Below are positions 39,233 to 48,455 of a DNA stretch of 64,000 bases, piece after piece; position 1 is the stretch's first letter, and every line of letters begins with the position of its first letter. Source of the DNA: a virus; IMG/VR virus record IMGVR_UViG_3300045988_130225, positions 35,703-99,702 of that record; one strand, 5' to 3'. The notes under the pieces were generated by a model, which saw only the letters and a list, made by a program, of their open reading frames with translations, did not search any database and was not told where the DNA came from. The position numbers were made by a program, and so were the translations under genes.

Positions 39233-39895
39233 ATGGAGAAACCGATAAAGAAAATTATTATTATCAACGGCTCTGGTGGAGTTGGTAAGGACGCTTTTGC
39301 TAAAAGAGTTATTGAAGAAACTCTTAAATTGTCGAAACGTATTGTTCCAGTTGAGAATGAAGATTATTGTGTAGACCCAGAAGTTTTTTACAAAAGAAAT
39401 AATATTTCTACTATTGATTGCGTAAAAAATATTGCCAAAATGTTTAACTGGAATGGTGAGAAATCTGAAAAAGACAGAAAAATGTTAAGTGACCTAAAAG
39501 ATTTAATGACGGTCTATAATGATTATCCTTTTAAATGTATTACAATACAAATTAGTAATTGGCTACATTGTGTTGGGTGTATGTATGACCATTCATTTCT
39601 TTTTGTACATTGTAGAGAGCCTAAAGAAATTGAAAGAATAAAAAATCAGTTTCCTAATGACACTTTTACTTTATTAGTACAGAATCCTAAAGTTGCAAAA
39701 GTAACTGGTAATCATGCTGATAGAGAAGTTGAAAATTACAATTATGATTTTACTGTAGTTAACGATTCTGACCTTAGAGCATTAAGAAAAGTTGCTATTG
39801 ACTTTTATAAGAAAATCTTTAACCAAGGTTTTACAAAGTATAAGTTTGTTGCTTCTGATTATGATTTCAACCCAGAGGAGAATGGGATATTTTAA
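39233..39895 (+). CDS. P-loop kinase (dNMP-kinase-like)
   Basis: 220 aa; N-terminal IIIINGSGGVGKD Walker A. Confidence 0.5.
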   Translation: MEKPIKKIIIINGSGGVGKDAFAKRVIEETLKLSKRIVPVENEDYCVDPEVFYKRNNISTIDCVKNIAKMFNWNGEKSEKDRKMLSDLKDLMTVYNDYPFKCITIQISNWLHCVGCMYDHSFLFVHCREPKEIERIKNQFPNDTFTLLVQNPKVAKVTGNHADREVENYNYDFTVVNDSDLRALRKVAIDFYKKIFNQGFTKYKFVASDYDFNPEENGIF

Positions 39896-39899
39896 AAAA

Positions 39900-40835
39900 A
39901 TGATAGAAATTGGTAGGACTTATCGTTATAAAGAACTTTGTGAAGCTATAGGAAAAAATAATGTTATAGGGTCTTATAAAACAACCTTACTTAAAAGTAT
40001 TTATAAGAATTATGAGGTAGTTCATAAAAACGGCTTTTATAAAATCATAAGAGAATATTCACAACAAGAAAAAGATGCAAAAGAAATTAAAGGAATGTAT
40101 CAAAAACTGCTTGAAGCTATATTAAGTAATTTTTTATCTCAACAAGACAATTATTCAGTCTGTACCTCAATGATGGAATTACTTTTAGCTTGTGGGATTA
40201 TTAATACAGATTTTAAATACTGTAGGTATAATATTGATTCTTCATCTAAAATACTTAAAAGTGACCCTTATGACTTAGAAGAATATATCACAAAATCTTA
40301 TAATCTTCTTAGCCGAATGTTTAAAGATATTCTTGACCAACTTGAAAATAAAGCTTTAATCAAATGTCGAAAAGGTTACAAGCTGTTCAAAGTTAATAAC
40401 ATGGGGTTACAAAGTGGTAGCAAGGTGATAACTCTTGGCTCAAAAGAGGAAACGATAATTATTAAGGCTGAGGAAGAAGGACTTAAGGAAATGGGTCTTA
40501 CTAAGCTATTTGAAGTATATAGAAATGAAATTAGTATTGAAACATTTAAAAAAATCACAAACAGAAAGATAAAAGAACAGTTTCCAGATTATGACGGTTA
40601 TTACAAAGTATATCATATCACTTTAAATCGTACAGGACTTTGGGAGAACAAGAATAATATCTATAAAGAACTTAATAAAAAAATTCAAACCAAGTTATTA
40701 AAAAATAAAGGTTTATCTGAAATAACGCAATTAAAGAAAATGGTAGACGCTACAATTAATTTGTCCAGACCATTTAAAATACAAGAAAATTTAAAGCTTA
40801 TGAAAAAGTTGGAAGGAGAAAATAACAATGAGTGA
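39900..40835 (+). CDS. hypothetical early protein, paralog B
   Basis: ORF 39792..40835; ATG at 39900 aligns with the paralog A start (MIEIGRTYRYKELC versus MELEFNKPYKYKDLC). Confidence 0.55.
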   Translation: MIEIGRTYRYKELCEAIGKNNVIGSYKTTLLKSIYKNYEVVHKNGFYKIIREYSQQEKDAKEIKGMYQKLLEAILSNFLSQQDNYSVCTSMMELLLACGIINTDFKYCRYNIDSSSKILKSDPYDLEEYITKSYNLLSRMFKDILDQLENKALIKCRKGYKLFKVNNMGLQSGSKVITLGSKEETIIIKAEEEGLKEMGLTKLFEVYRNEISIETFKKITNRKIKEQFPDYDGYYKVYHITLNRTGLWENKNNIYKELNKKIQTKLLKNKGLSEITQLKKMVDATINLSRPFKIQENLKLMKKLEGENNNE

Positions 40836-41085
40836 GATTAAAAAAACAGAAAATGGTGTTACAACTAAGTACAAAGGCGTATGGAACGCTACAATCTGTG
40901 TTGAAGAAAATTTTACAAGTGATGAATTTACAGAAGAAGATTTACATGATTTTATAAACAGATGTGGTAAATATGCTGAGGAAAAATTACAGAAAATTAT
41001 TGAAGAGATTTTATCAAAAGCTTTAGACGGTAAAGTAAGTGTAAGTAATTTCAATTATAATTTTAATGAAATTGAAAATAAATAA
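40828..41085 (+). CDS. hypothetical protein
   Basis: 85 aa; GGAAGGAGAA RBS. Confidence 0.55.
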   Translation: MSEIKKTENGVTTKYKGVWNATICVEENFTSDEFTEEDLHDFINRCGKYAEEKLQKIIEEILSKALDGKVSVSNFNYNFNEIENK

Positions 41086-41152
41086 TAATAAAACGGAATA
41101 TATTAATGAAAATAAATAAAACAATAAAATAAATCAGAAAGGATAAATACAT

Positions 41153-41290
41153 ATGAATTCAAAAGTATTAAAGAAGAAATATGTAGGATATTTAACTAAA
41201 TCAGGAAAATATATCTCTACAGGATTAGTTTTCAACATTAACAACTGGATTTATAAAATTACAACAACACCATATGGTGGAGGTGCCTAG
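41153..41290 (+). CDS. small hypothetical protein (45 aa)
   Basis: AAAGGA RBS; below the ORF-track length cutoff. Confidence 0.35.
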   Translation: MNSKVLKKKYVGYLTKSGKYISTGLVFNINNWIYKITTTPYGGGA

Positions 41291-41451
41291 TGAAGAATAT
41301 AATGCTAGATTTCATGATGGGAATAATTTGTATTCTATTAATAATAACAGTAATTGAAATGCTTGCGCTTCCGTGTACGTTAAGTGCTTGGTCAGCAATG
41401 AGATTAAATGAAAAATGGGAGGAGAAGGAAGAAAATGAAAACGGTTTTTAA
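41290..41451 (+). CDS. small membrane protein (53 aa, GTG start)
   Basis: GGAGGTG RBS; hydrophobic core FMMGIICILLIITVIEMLALP; overlaps neighbours at TAGTG. Confidence 0.35.
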   Translation: MKNIMLDFMMGIICILLIITVIEMLALPCTLSAWSAMRLNEKWEEKEENENGF

Positions 41452-42106
41452 TTGGATTGGCGATGATTGGAGAAGAGTAAAAAATCATTGCCGTACAACA
41501 GATAACAAAGATTTTACAGAAAAAGATGCTACAGATATTTTTAAGAAAAAACTGCTTATTTCTGAGCATAGTCCTATTAGGTTGCTTGAATTTGATTGGA
41601 CTTGGAAAACAATTAAATACTGGTTAAGTACCGAAATGAGCCGTCATAAGTATGAAAAATTTATATCTACAGCAAGAGATGATAGAGGATTTTCAGAAAG
41701 AAAAACAGAAGAGGGCTATACAGTATGGGACGAAGTTACAAAACAGAATATTGAATACCACCCATTATCCAGAGATGACGCACCACAGAAAAATCCTGTA
41801 AATTTTGATGGTTACGCTAACATGCAGAATTTAATTGACGTTTGGCGTAAGAGATTGTGTTTCTGCTGTACTAAGGACGCAAGAGAATTAGCAGAAGATT
41901 TTAAATACGTTTTACATGAAACTCACCCTATTGAAGCTGATGTATTACAGAAAAATTGTATATACAGATGTGGTTGTCCAGAGTTTAAATCTTGTGGATA
42001 TTGGGAAAATTTTTGCAAGAAACATAGTAAAGAAGATTTGATAAATATTCAGACAAGATATGATTTGGCTAATAAAGAGTTTTATGAAAATTATAAGGAG
42101 AAATAA
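41435..42106 (+). CDS. ThyX (Thy1)-like protein
   Basis: ORF 41408..42106; ATG at 41435 after GGGAGGAGAAGG; EHSPIRLLEF and MSRHKYEKFISTARDDR resemble the ThyX H.SplEh and RHR..S..S.R motifs. Confidence 0.45.
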   Translation: MKTVFNWIGDDWRRVKNHCRTTDNKDFTEKDATDIFKKKLLISEHSPIRLLEFDWTWKTIKYWLSTEMSRHKYEKFISTARDDRGFSERKTEEGYTVWDEVTKQNIEYHPLSRDDAPQKNPVNFDGYANMQNLIDVWRKRLCFCCTKDARELAEDFKYVLHETHPIEADVLQKNCIYRCGCPEFKSCGYWENFCKKHSKEDLINIQTRYDLANKEFYENYKEK

Positions 42107-42108
42107 TC

Positions 42109-42282
42109 ATGTTAAAAGCAAAATTTGAAAAATATTTAGGAAAACACATATCAATTAGATTATTTGATGGTAACGTTTATACTGGATATTTATACAAGTC
42201 TGGAAATAAAGAACGCTTTCCAAATGACCCTAACTTATATGTACCAAGAAATTATTATTTTTTAATAGGAGAATGGTTATGA
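42109..42282 (+). CDS. small hypothetical protein (57 aa)
   Basis: TAAGGAGAAATAATC before the ATG; below the ORF-track cutoff. Confidence 0.45.
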   Translation: MLKAKFEKYLGKHISIRLFDGNVYTGYLYKSGNKERFPNDPNLYVPRNYYFLIGEWL

Positions 42283-42557
42283 AAGAATTAAAAGAAACAA
42301 TGGAAATGATGAACAGTGAAAATTATAAAGAAAGATTTAAAGCTGAATATTGGCAGACTTATATTAGATATGAAAAATTAACAAAAATGGTTGAAAACTG
42401 GGAGAAAGGTGAATTAAATTTTACACCTACTTGTGATAAAAAAATATATAAGATACAGTTACTTCATATGGCTAACTATCTTAGTATTCTTAGAGTAAGA
42501 GCAAAGATTGAAAACGTAGATTTAGGAATTGAGGAAGAAAATGAAAAAGACTGTTAA
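42279..42557 (+). CDS. hypothetical protein
   Basis: ORF 42273..42557; ATG at 42279 lies 7 nt after GGAG. Confidence 0.5.
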   Translation: MKELKETMEMMNSENYKERFKAEYWQTYIRYEKLTKMVENWEKGELNFTPTCDKKIYKIQLLHMANYLSILRVRAKIENVDLGIEEENEKDC

Positions 42558-42828
42558 TAATTCTACAAAGTTAAGTCAAGAAGAATTTGTTTCGTTTAGT
42601 AAAAGAATGATTCAAAGATACTATACAGAATTGTTTGGTGGCAATACAGTATCATCTGATGAAATATTTTTAGTATGGTATTGTAAGACTTTACAGAATC
42701 ATAAGGCGTTACTGGGTGTTATTGGTCGGTATGATGAATATTTTGAAGCTACCTATGACGGTGATAATAATAAAGTTTATCTGGACGTATATAAGAAAGA
42801 TAAGAATATTATAGTTGAACCGATATGA
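42541..42828 (+). CDS. hypothetical protein
   Basis: ORF 42529..42828; ATG at 42541 after GAGGAAG. Confidence 0.5.
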   Translation: MKKTVNNSTKLSQEEFVSFSKRMIQRYYTELFGGNTVSSDEIFLVWYCKTLQNHKALLGVIGRYDEYFEATYDGDNNKVYLDVYKKDKNIIVEPI

Positions 42829-42875
42829 ATTGAATAAAAAAGAATAAAAAGTTTTAAAATTTTTTAAAAAAGTTC

Positions 42876-42904
42876 TTGACGGATTAAGGATTATATAGTA
42901 TAGT
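42876..42904 (+). promoter_or_regulatory. sigma70-type promoter with A/T UP-like element
   Basis: TTGACG, 17 nt spacer, TATAGT; upstream AAAATTTTTTAAAAAAGTTC nearly identical to the promoter at 43253. Confidence 0.55.
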
Positions 42905-42951
42905 ATGAAATATAATGAATAAAAAAATAATATTAAAGGAGATTAAAAGAA

Positions 42952-43200
42952 ATGGAGAGTTTAGCAATGAATTTAACAGATGCACAGAAGAGAGCAGTAG
43001 AGTTAAAAGATGAAATTATTAAAATTTGTGAAGAAAAGAAGTTAATTCTGGTTGCTCCTAAAGAGGGAATTGGTTTTTATGATTTAGAGTCAAAGGAACT
43101 GGTTGCTATTTGGTCTGATAGTAAAGCCAATGAAGAAACAAAACCAGTTGATGAAGATAGCGAAGCACCAGAAGCACCGGAAATTCCAGAACAGGAATAA
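42952..43200 (+). CDS. hypothetical protein with acidic tail
   Basis: 82 aa; AAAGGAGA RBS. Confidence 0.55.
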   Translation: MESLAMNLTDAQKRAVELKDEIIKICEEKKLILVAPKEGIGFYDLESKELVAIWSDSKANEETKPVDEDSEAPEAPEIPEQE

Positions 43201-43252
43201 ACCATTATGATCAAGGACTTAATAAAAATAATTAAAAATTTTTAAAAAGTCC

Positions 43253-43281
43253 TTGACTTATCTAATAAAATATGTTATAGT
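43253..43281 (+). promoter_or_regulatory. strong sigma70-type promoter driving an ORF-free segment
   Basis: TTGACT, 17 nt spacer, TGtTATAGT; same UP-like box as 42876. Confidence 0.6.
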
Positions 43282-43287
43282 ATATAC

Positions 43288-44017
43288 ATAGCAAACAAGA
43301 GAACAAGTAAATGAGTAAACGTAATTAATTATTTAGTCGAAAGTTTACAGAGTTTGACAGTTGCTAAAATAACTAAATTTATAGGTTTGGCATGAGGAAG
43401 AGTTATTGTGTAACAAGGGCCGTCGAATGTAATTAAAATCTACGGAGAACAAACTCCGGTAAAAGCCCTGCGTATGAAAGTGGTGTATATCTTTTTTGTT
43501 AGGTTCAGCTTTTGCCTAAATCGTGTGTAGACGAAGAAAAGATATATAAAAGCAAAAATAGGTTTTTTCTCTGAATCATGTTAAATCGGCGGTTGGTTGG
43601 TTATTAAGTGTAAGCGCAAACACGTAATAACGCAACATGATGTGTCACTACTCACAACCGCTTTTGGTATGCTATCCACACATACCAAAGCCTCCTAATT
43701 CGCAATACAAAAGATTAATTTTCTCCTTTTTGACTAGTAACTTTTCTGGTAGATGGACGTGAATAGTCAAAGGTGGCAACTTGTTTTATCGAGGAATAAG
43801 TTGCCACATACATAGTAATTGAAAACTGAATATTTGAGATTACTAAAAAATCCGTTAATAATGAAAATGCTAAGTATTCATAGATACGATAAATATTTAG
43901 CTTAAAATGTTATTAAAAACCTACTCTGTAGAGATATAAACCATGGCAGTGAGAACGTATCTAGTCTGTGATTACAGAATATTATCCTTTGGTAGCGGTT
44001 GAGGGGATATTAATTAA
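43288..44017 (+). ncRNA. candidate large structured ncRNA (~730 nt) abutting tRNA-Gln
   Basis: No ORF; many 7-11 bp helices (ATATATCTTTT/AAAAGATATAT, GCGGTTG/CAACCGC, GTTATTA/TAATAAC, TTTGGTATG/CATACCAAA, GTGGCAACTT/AAGTTGCCAC); GC above the local background. Confidence 0.5.
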
Positions 44018-44089
44018 AGGGCATTAGCCAAGCGGAAAGGCAAAACACTTTGACTGTTTCATGCGTAGGTCCGAATCCTACATGCCCTG
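44018..44089 (+). tRNA. tRNA-Gln (UUG)
   Basis: Manual fold: 7 bp acceptor AGGGCAT/ATGCCCT, D-arm GCCAAGCGGAAAGGC, anticodon stem AAACA/TGTTT with loop CTTTGAC, T-arm GTAGG-TCCGAAT-CCTAC. Confidence 0.85.
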
Positions 44090-44119
44090 TTTATAAAAAT
44101 AAATGTTTGGTGATTAAAA

Positions 44120-44868
44120 ATGAATACTAATATTAAATATTATGAACGTAAAGTTCCAATAGTTGATACTTATTCTGTTAAAGAATTAGAAGAAATTGTG
44201 AAAAATTCATATTCTTTTAAAGAAGTAATTTTAAAATTGGGGTATAAAACGCAGAATGGAAGTAATATAAAAACAGTAAGAAACAGATTAGAAAACTTAA
44301 ACATTGATTATAGTCATTTTGCTTCTACTATGCAAATAAAAAGAACCTATGAAAATGTATTTTGTAAAAATAGTACAACTACACAGCATGTTTTAAGACG
44401 GTGGTATAAGAAAATAAGTAATGATAATATTTGTACTATTTGCAGACAGGATAAAATCTGGAATAATAAAGAATTGACTATGATTTTAGACCACATTGAT
44501 GGCAACAATCATAACAATGTAACTTCAAATCTACGGTGGATTTGTCCTAATTGCAACAGTCAGTTGCCTACATTTGCAGGCAGAAATTTAAGATTAGAAA
44601 TGTAAAGTTAAAACATACAAGAGAAAAGAAAATTTGTCCTATTTGCAACAAAAATATCCTTTCTAACAGTGATAATAAAATGTGTATTGATTGCTACAAA
44701 AATTATCAATCCAGAAATATTCCTGCTAAAGAAGAGTTAGAAAAATTAATTTATAATACGCCTTTTGTAAAAATTGGTAAAAAATACGGGGTATCAGATA
44801 ACGCTGTAAGAAATTGGTGTAAGAAATACGGCTTACCTTATAAATATAATGATTTACACAAAAGATAA
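44120..44868 (+). pseudogene. HNH homing-endonuclease-like gene split into two frames (44120..44605 and 44551..44868)
   Basis: N-part carries DHIDGNNHNNVTSNLRWICPNCN (HNH); C-part carries a zinc ribbon plus the GKKYGVSDNAVRNWCKKYGL HTH typical of the same protein family. Confidence 0.6.
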
Positions 44869-44973
44869 TTAATTTATTATGTTTAAGTCTTGTTGGAAAG
44901 AATTAGTAGATATTATAGGTAATCTATTAAACAATGCAAGTTCAACTCTTGCACCTAAATTTTTATCATAAAC

Positions 44974-45047
44974 GGAACAATATTTCAACTGGTTAGAAAG
45001 TTCGGCTCATAACCGAAAAGTTATAGGTTCGAGTCCTATTTGTTCCA
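44974..45047 (+). tRNA. tRNA-Met (CAU; could be an Ile2-type)
   Basis: Manual fold: acceptor GGAACAA/TTGTTCC, D-arm TTTC..GAAA, anticodon stem TTCGG/CCGAA with loop CTCATAA, T-arm ATAGG-TTCGAGT-CCTAT. Confidence 0.85.
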
Positions 45048-45149
45048 TTAGAAGAATAATCAATATTGCACACCATCACCTTATAATTATAATGACGTTC
45101 CCCCTAAAATAACGTTTATTACTGCAATATTAATTGTTCTTCACAATAC

Positions 45150-45210
45150 AAAACAGTAATACAGTATAACAACTCCCACCACCAATGTTTATGCTGTATT
45201 ACTGTTTTTT
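45150..45210 (+). terminator. long hairpin with T-run (tRNA operon terminator or IS left-end structure)
   Basis: 15 bp stem AAAACAGTAATACAG/CTGTATTACTGTTTT, then TT. Confidence 0.45.
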
Positions 45211-45211
45211 A

Positions 45212-46467
45212 TAGAACAGTAAGCCAAAAACCCCCATTAGCTTTAGCTGATGGGAAGAATAGTGGAGAACAATTAACTGAGAGTGAGGTGATTATAGATG
45301 TTGGTAGCATACAAATACAGATTGTATCCGAATAAAGAACAACAAGAATATTTTGCTAAATGTTTTGGGTGTGTACGATTTATCTATAATCGTATGCTTT
45401 CAGATAAGATTGACTATTATAAAGAAACAAAGAAAAAGCTGAATAATACACCTGCTCAGTACAAGAAAAAGTTTGAGTGGCTAAAAGAAGTAGATTCACT
45501 TGCATTAGCAAATGCTCAAATGAATTTGCAGACAGCCTATAACAATTTTTTCAAACGTCCAGAAGTGGGTTTTCCAAAATTCAAAAGCAAGAAGAATAAT
45601 CACTTCTCTTATACTACAAATAATCAGGGAGGAAACATTTATGTGACAGACCGATACATAAAACTCCCTAAGATTGGACTTGTTAGAGTTCGGAAACATA
45701 GAGATTTTGAAGGATTAATTAAGTCTGTTACTATTTCTAAAAGTCCGTCTGGTAAATACTTTGTTTCAGTATTAGTAGACCAAAAAGATAAAGAAAAATT
45801 AATTCCAAACAATAACCAAATTGGAATTGATTTAGGTATTAAAGAATTTTGTATTACTTCTGATGAAGAGATGATTCAAAATCCAAAGTTTCTTAGAAAG
45901 TCTGAAAAGAAATTAAGAAAATTACAAAAGGATTTATCTCGTTGTCAAAAAGAAAGTAAAAATAGAGAAAAATGCAGAATTAAAGTCGCAAGACAACATG
46001 AAAAGATTGCAAATCAACGTAAAGATTTTCTACATAAGTTATCTAGGCGATTTATTGATGAAAACCAAATCATTGCATTAGAAACTTTGAAAATTAAAAA
46101 TATGATGAGTAATCATAAATTAGCAAAATCAATAGCAGATGTATCATGGTCTGAATTTGTAAGACAATTAGAGTATAAGGCTCAGTGGTATGGTAGAGAA
46201 ATCGTAAGGATTGATACTTGGTATCCATCAAGTCAGATATGCTCTAATTGTGGTCACAAAGACAGAAGAAAGCCATTATCAGTAAGAGAATGGATCTGTC
46301 CTAATTGTGGTACACATCATGAAAGGGATATAAATGCAGCTATAAATATTCTTAAAGAAGGTTTGAGAATTAAAACGGCAGGAACTGTCGAGATAGTCTA
46401 AGTAAACTTGTGCGGTTACGCATATTGATTAGAAAATCCAATGAGTTTTAACTCATGGGTAGTTCAG
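45212..46467 (+). mobile_element. TnpB-only IS605-type element (element 3); left boundary uncertain
   Basis: Similar subterminal hairpins at both ends (CCCATTAGC-TTTA-GCTGATGGG at 45232-45253; CCAATGAG-TTTTAA-CTCATGGG before 46459); right end GGGTAGTTCAG parallels element 2. Confidence 0.55.
45298..46401 (+). CDS. tnpB: TnpB RNA-guided nuclease
   Basis: 367 aa; [11 protein letters not shown] / [12 protein letters not shown] / [11 protein letters not shown] and zinc ribbon CSNCG..CPNCG. Confidence 0.9.
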   Translation: MLVAYKYRLYPNKEQQEYFAKCFGCVRFIYNRMLSDKIDYYKETKKKLNNTPAQYKKKFEWLKEVDSLALANAQMNLQTAYNNFFKRPEVGFPKFKSKKNNHFSYTTNNQGGNIYVTDRYIKLPKIGLVRVRKHRDFEGLIKSVTISKSPSGKYFVSVLVDQKDKEKLIPNNNQIGIDLGIKEFCITSDEEMIQNPKFLRKSEKKLRKLQKDLSRCQKESKNREKCRIKVARQHEKIANQRKDFLHKLSRRFIDENQIIALETLKIKNMMSNHKLAKSIADVSWSEFVRQLEYKAQWYGREIVRIDTWYPSSQICSNCGHKDRRKPLSVREWICPNCGTHHERDINAAINILKEGLRIKTAGTVEIV

Positions 46468-46487
46468 AGGTAAGTTAATGAGTAGAT
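46402..46487 (+). ncRNA. omega-RNA 3' scaffold plus guide of element 3 (scaffold probably starts inside the tnpB 3' end)
   Basis: Hairpin CCAATGAG/CTCATGGG then TAGTTCAG, followed by flanking sequence AGGTAAGTTAATGAGTAGAT. Confidence 0.4.
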
Positions 46488-46513
46488 GTAGAGGTAAGTT
46501 AATGAGTAGATGT
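46466..46513 (+). repeat. perfect 24 nt tandem duplication at the element 3 right junction
   Basis: AGAGGTAAGTTAATGAGTAGATGT at 46466-46489 and 46490-46513; each copy carries an RBS and ATG. Confidence 0.95.
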
Positions 46514-46855
46514 AATTGTCAGCATTGTGATGCTTATATCAACATTCCAATAAACTGGTTCACAATGTATTTCTATGAGGACTTAACAAGATGTTGGATT
46601 TTTTGGCATATGAAAATGAATCATGATTTTCAGAGTACAGAAGATAATTGGTTTACTTTTGTATTAAGATTTATTGGGTTAATGTTAAAATTTGATTTAG
46701 CTTGTGTGTTGATTTCAGTGAAGATTGTGCTGACACCATTTTTAATGTTGGATAAATTTTTATTCTTTGACGCTAGAAGAGATATGGATTTTGAATATTT
46801 GGATAGTGATGAAGTTGAGGAAGATGAAGATAAAAGTGAGGATAAGGAGAATTAA
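46478..46855 (+). CDS. hypothetical membrane-like protein with acidic tail (start 46478 or 46502)
   Basis: 125 aa ORF; two in-frame RBS+ATG copies created by the 24 nt duplication. Confidence 0.5.
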   Translation: MSRCRGKLMSRCNCQHCDAYINIPINWFTMYFYEDLTRCWIFWHMKMNHDFQSTEDNWFTFVLRFIGLMLKFDLACVLISVKIVLTPFLMLDKFLFFDARRDMDFEYLDSDEVEEDEDKSEDKEN

Positions 46856-46861
46856 ATAAAA

Positions 46862-48455
46862 ATGAAAAACAGTAAAAGGATTGTATCGAAGATACAGAAG
46901 AATGTTCAAAAAGAAATAGTGTTAGTATCAAAAAATAGAGAGAGGAAATGGCAACTCGTTAATTTTTGTGAATTTGACAAATATGCAACAAAATCATACT
47001 GTGCCATTCATGGTGTTGATGAATCATTGAATCTTGGTGATATTACAAAGGTTGATGAAACAAAGCTTAAACCATTTAATATGATTTGTGGAGGTAGCCC
47101 GTGTCAAGATTTTTCTATAGCAGGTAAGCAAAAGGGTTCTGTTTGGACTTGCAAAGAATGTGGACATGAATATAATCCATTGACGGTACATTGGCTAAAA
47201 AGAGATAAGTGTCCATGCTGTGGAAGTAACAATATTGAAAAAAACTCGTTCATCTCTTTTAGTAGAGTATTTAAGAGTAATAAGAGCGAACAAACCCAAT
47301 TTTGGTTTGTATGAAAATGTTAAAAATATTGTTGGAAAACAATTTAAAGAAACTACTTTTAAATTATTTACTGATGAATTGAAAGAATATGATTATAATG
47401 TGTATTGGAAAGTTTTAAATGCAAAAAATTACGGTATTCCGCAGAATAGAGAACGTGTTTATTTAATTTTTATCAAGAAAGACTTGGATAATGGCAAGTT
47501 TAAGTTTCCAGAGCCATTTGATAATGGTGTTCGATTGAAAGATATGCTTGAAGATAAAGTAGATGAAAAGTATTATATTTCAAAAGATAAAATTGAAAAA
47601 TTTTTAAAGAATTTTAATTATGATTTTAGTAAAAATCAGTTAGGCAGTATTGAAAATAATAATTCTCAAACCAATAGAGTATATAATATAGATAAAGAAT
47701 CACCAACTTTAAACACTTGTTCTGGTGGTAATCATCAACCAAAAGTTTTATTAGGAGTTGATAAAACTTTTAATAACCCAAAAATTATAGATGAAGCTAA
47801 TTGTTTATGTGCAAGATATGATTGTGGTTTTACTAAAAGAGTTTCAGAAGGCACAGCAGTTTTAGAAAGTATTCCAATTTTAGTTTCAAAGAAAGGCGAA
47901 AAGTTTGATAAAAAGATTAATGAAGCAAATACGTTATTAGCCCGTGATTATAAAGGGTTTGGAAATCAAACTATGAACGCAGTTATTCAAATCCCGCAAG
48001 CAACTAAAAAAGGCTATATTGAATGTGAGCAAAATGGTGTTGCAGATTTATCATATCCAACTTCTACTACAAGAAGAGGGCGTGTACAAGAAAACGGAAA
48101 TATTTCACCAACTCTTACAGCATCAGAAACAAATATTTGTAAGATAGAATCATTGATTAGAATTAGAAAATTAACACCAAAAGAATGTTTTAGACTTATG
48201 GGTTTTTCTGATAATGATTTTGAAAAAGCTGAGAAAACGGTAAGTAATTCACAATTATATAAACAAGCAGGTAACTCTATTGTTGTAGATGTGCTTTATT
48301 ATATATTAGTTGAATTATATAAAGCAATGCCATATCTGTTCGATGATTTGAAACTAAGTAGTTTTTTCTCTGGAATTGGAGCGTTTGAGATAGCATTGGA
48401 TAGATTATATAAAGGAATAAATTCTGGAAATTTTATAAGTCTACAAGTAGATTAA
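46862..48455 (+). pseudogene. C5 cytosine DNA methyltransferase, frame broken at an A7 tract; motif order rearranged
   Basis: Frame 1 (46862..47314) has GGSPCQDFS; frame 2 (47220..48455) has TRSSLLVEYLRVI, ENVKN, QNRERV, TRD-like SPTL modules and AGNSIVV; frames join if A7 (47238-47244) is read as A6. Confidence 0.75.

Noticed and set aside
41312-41569. 85 aa minus-strand ORF
   Set aside because: It is antisense to RBS-led plus-strand genes (the small TM ORF and the ThyX-like start). It has no RBS and an F/I/L-rich, low-information translation.
44886-44965. Possible third tRNA upstream of tRNA-Met (T-arm-like GCAAG-TTCAACT-CTTGC, acceptor TTTAAGT/ACCTAAA)
   Set aside because: There is no foldable D-arm. 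The would-be anticodon stem (TTAGTAGAT/ATCTATTAA) closes a 10 nt loop, and the acceptor has a mismatch. It is better read as two hairpins after the HNH gene.
46466-46513. A CRISPR-like or other repeat array
   Set aside because: There are only two directly abutting 24 nt copies with no spacers. They are explained as a junction duplication at the TnpB element's right end.
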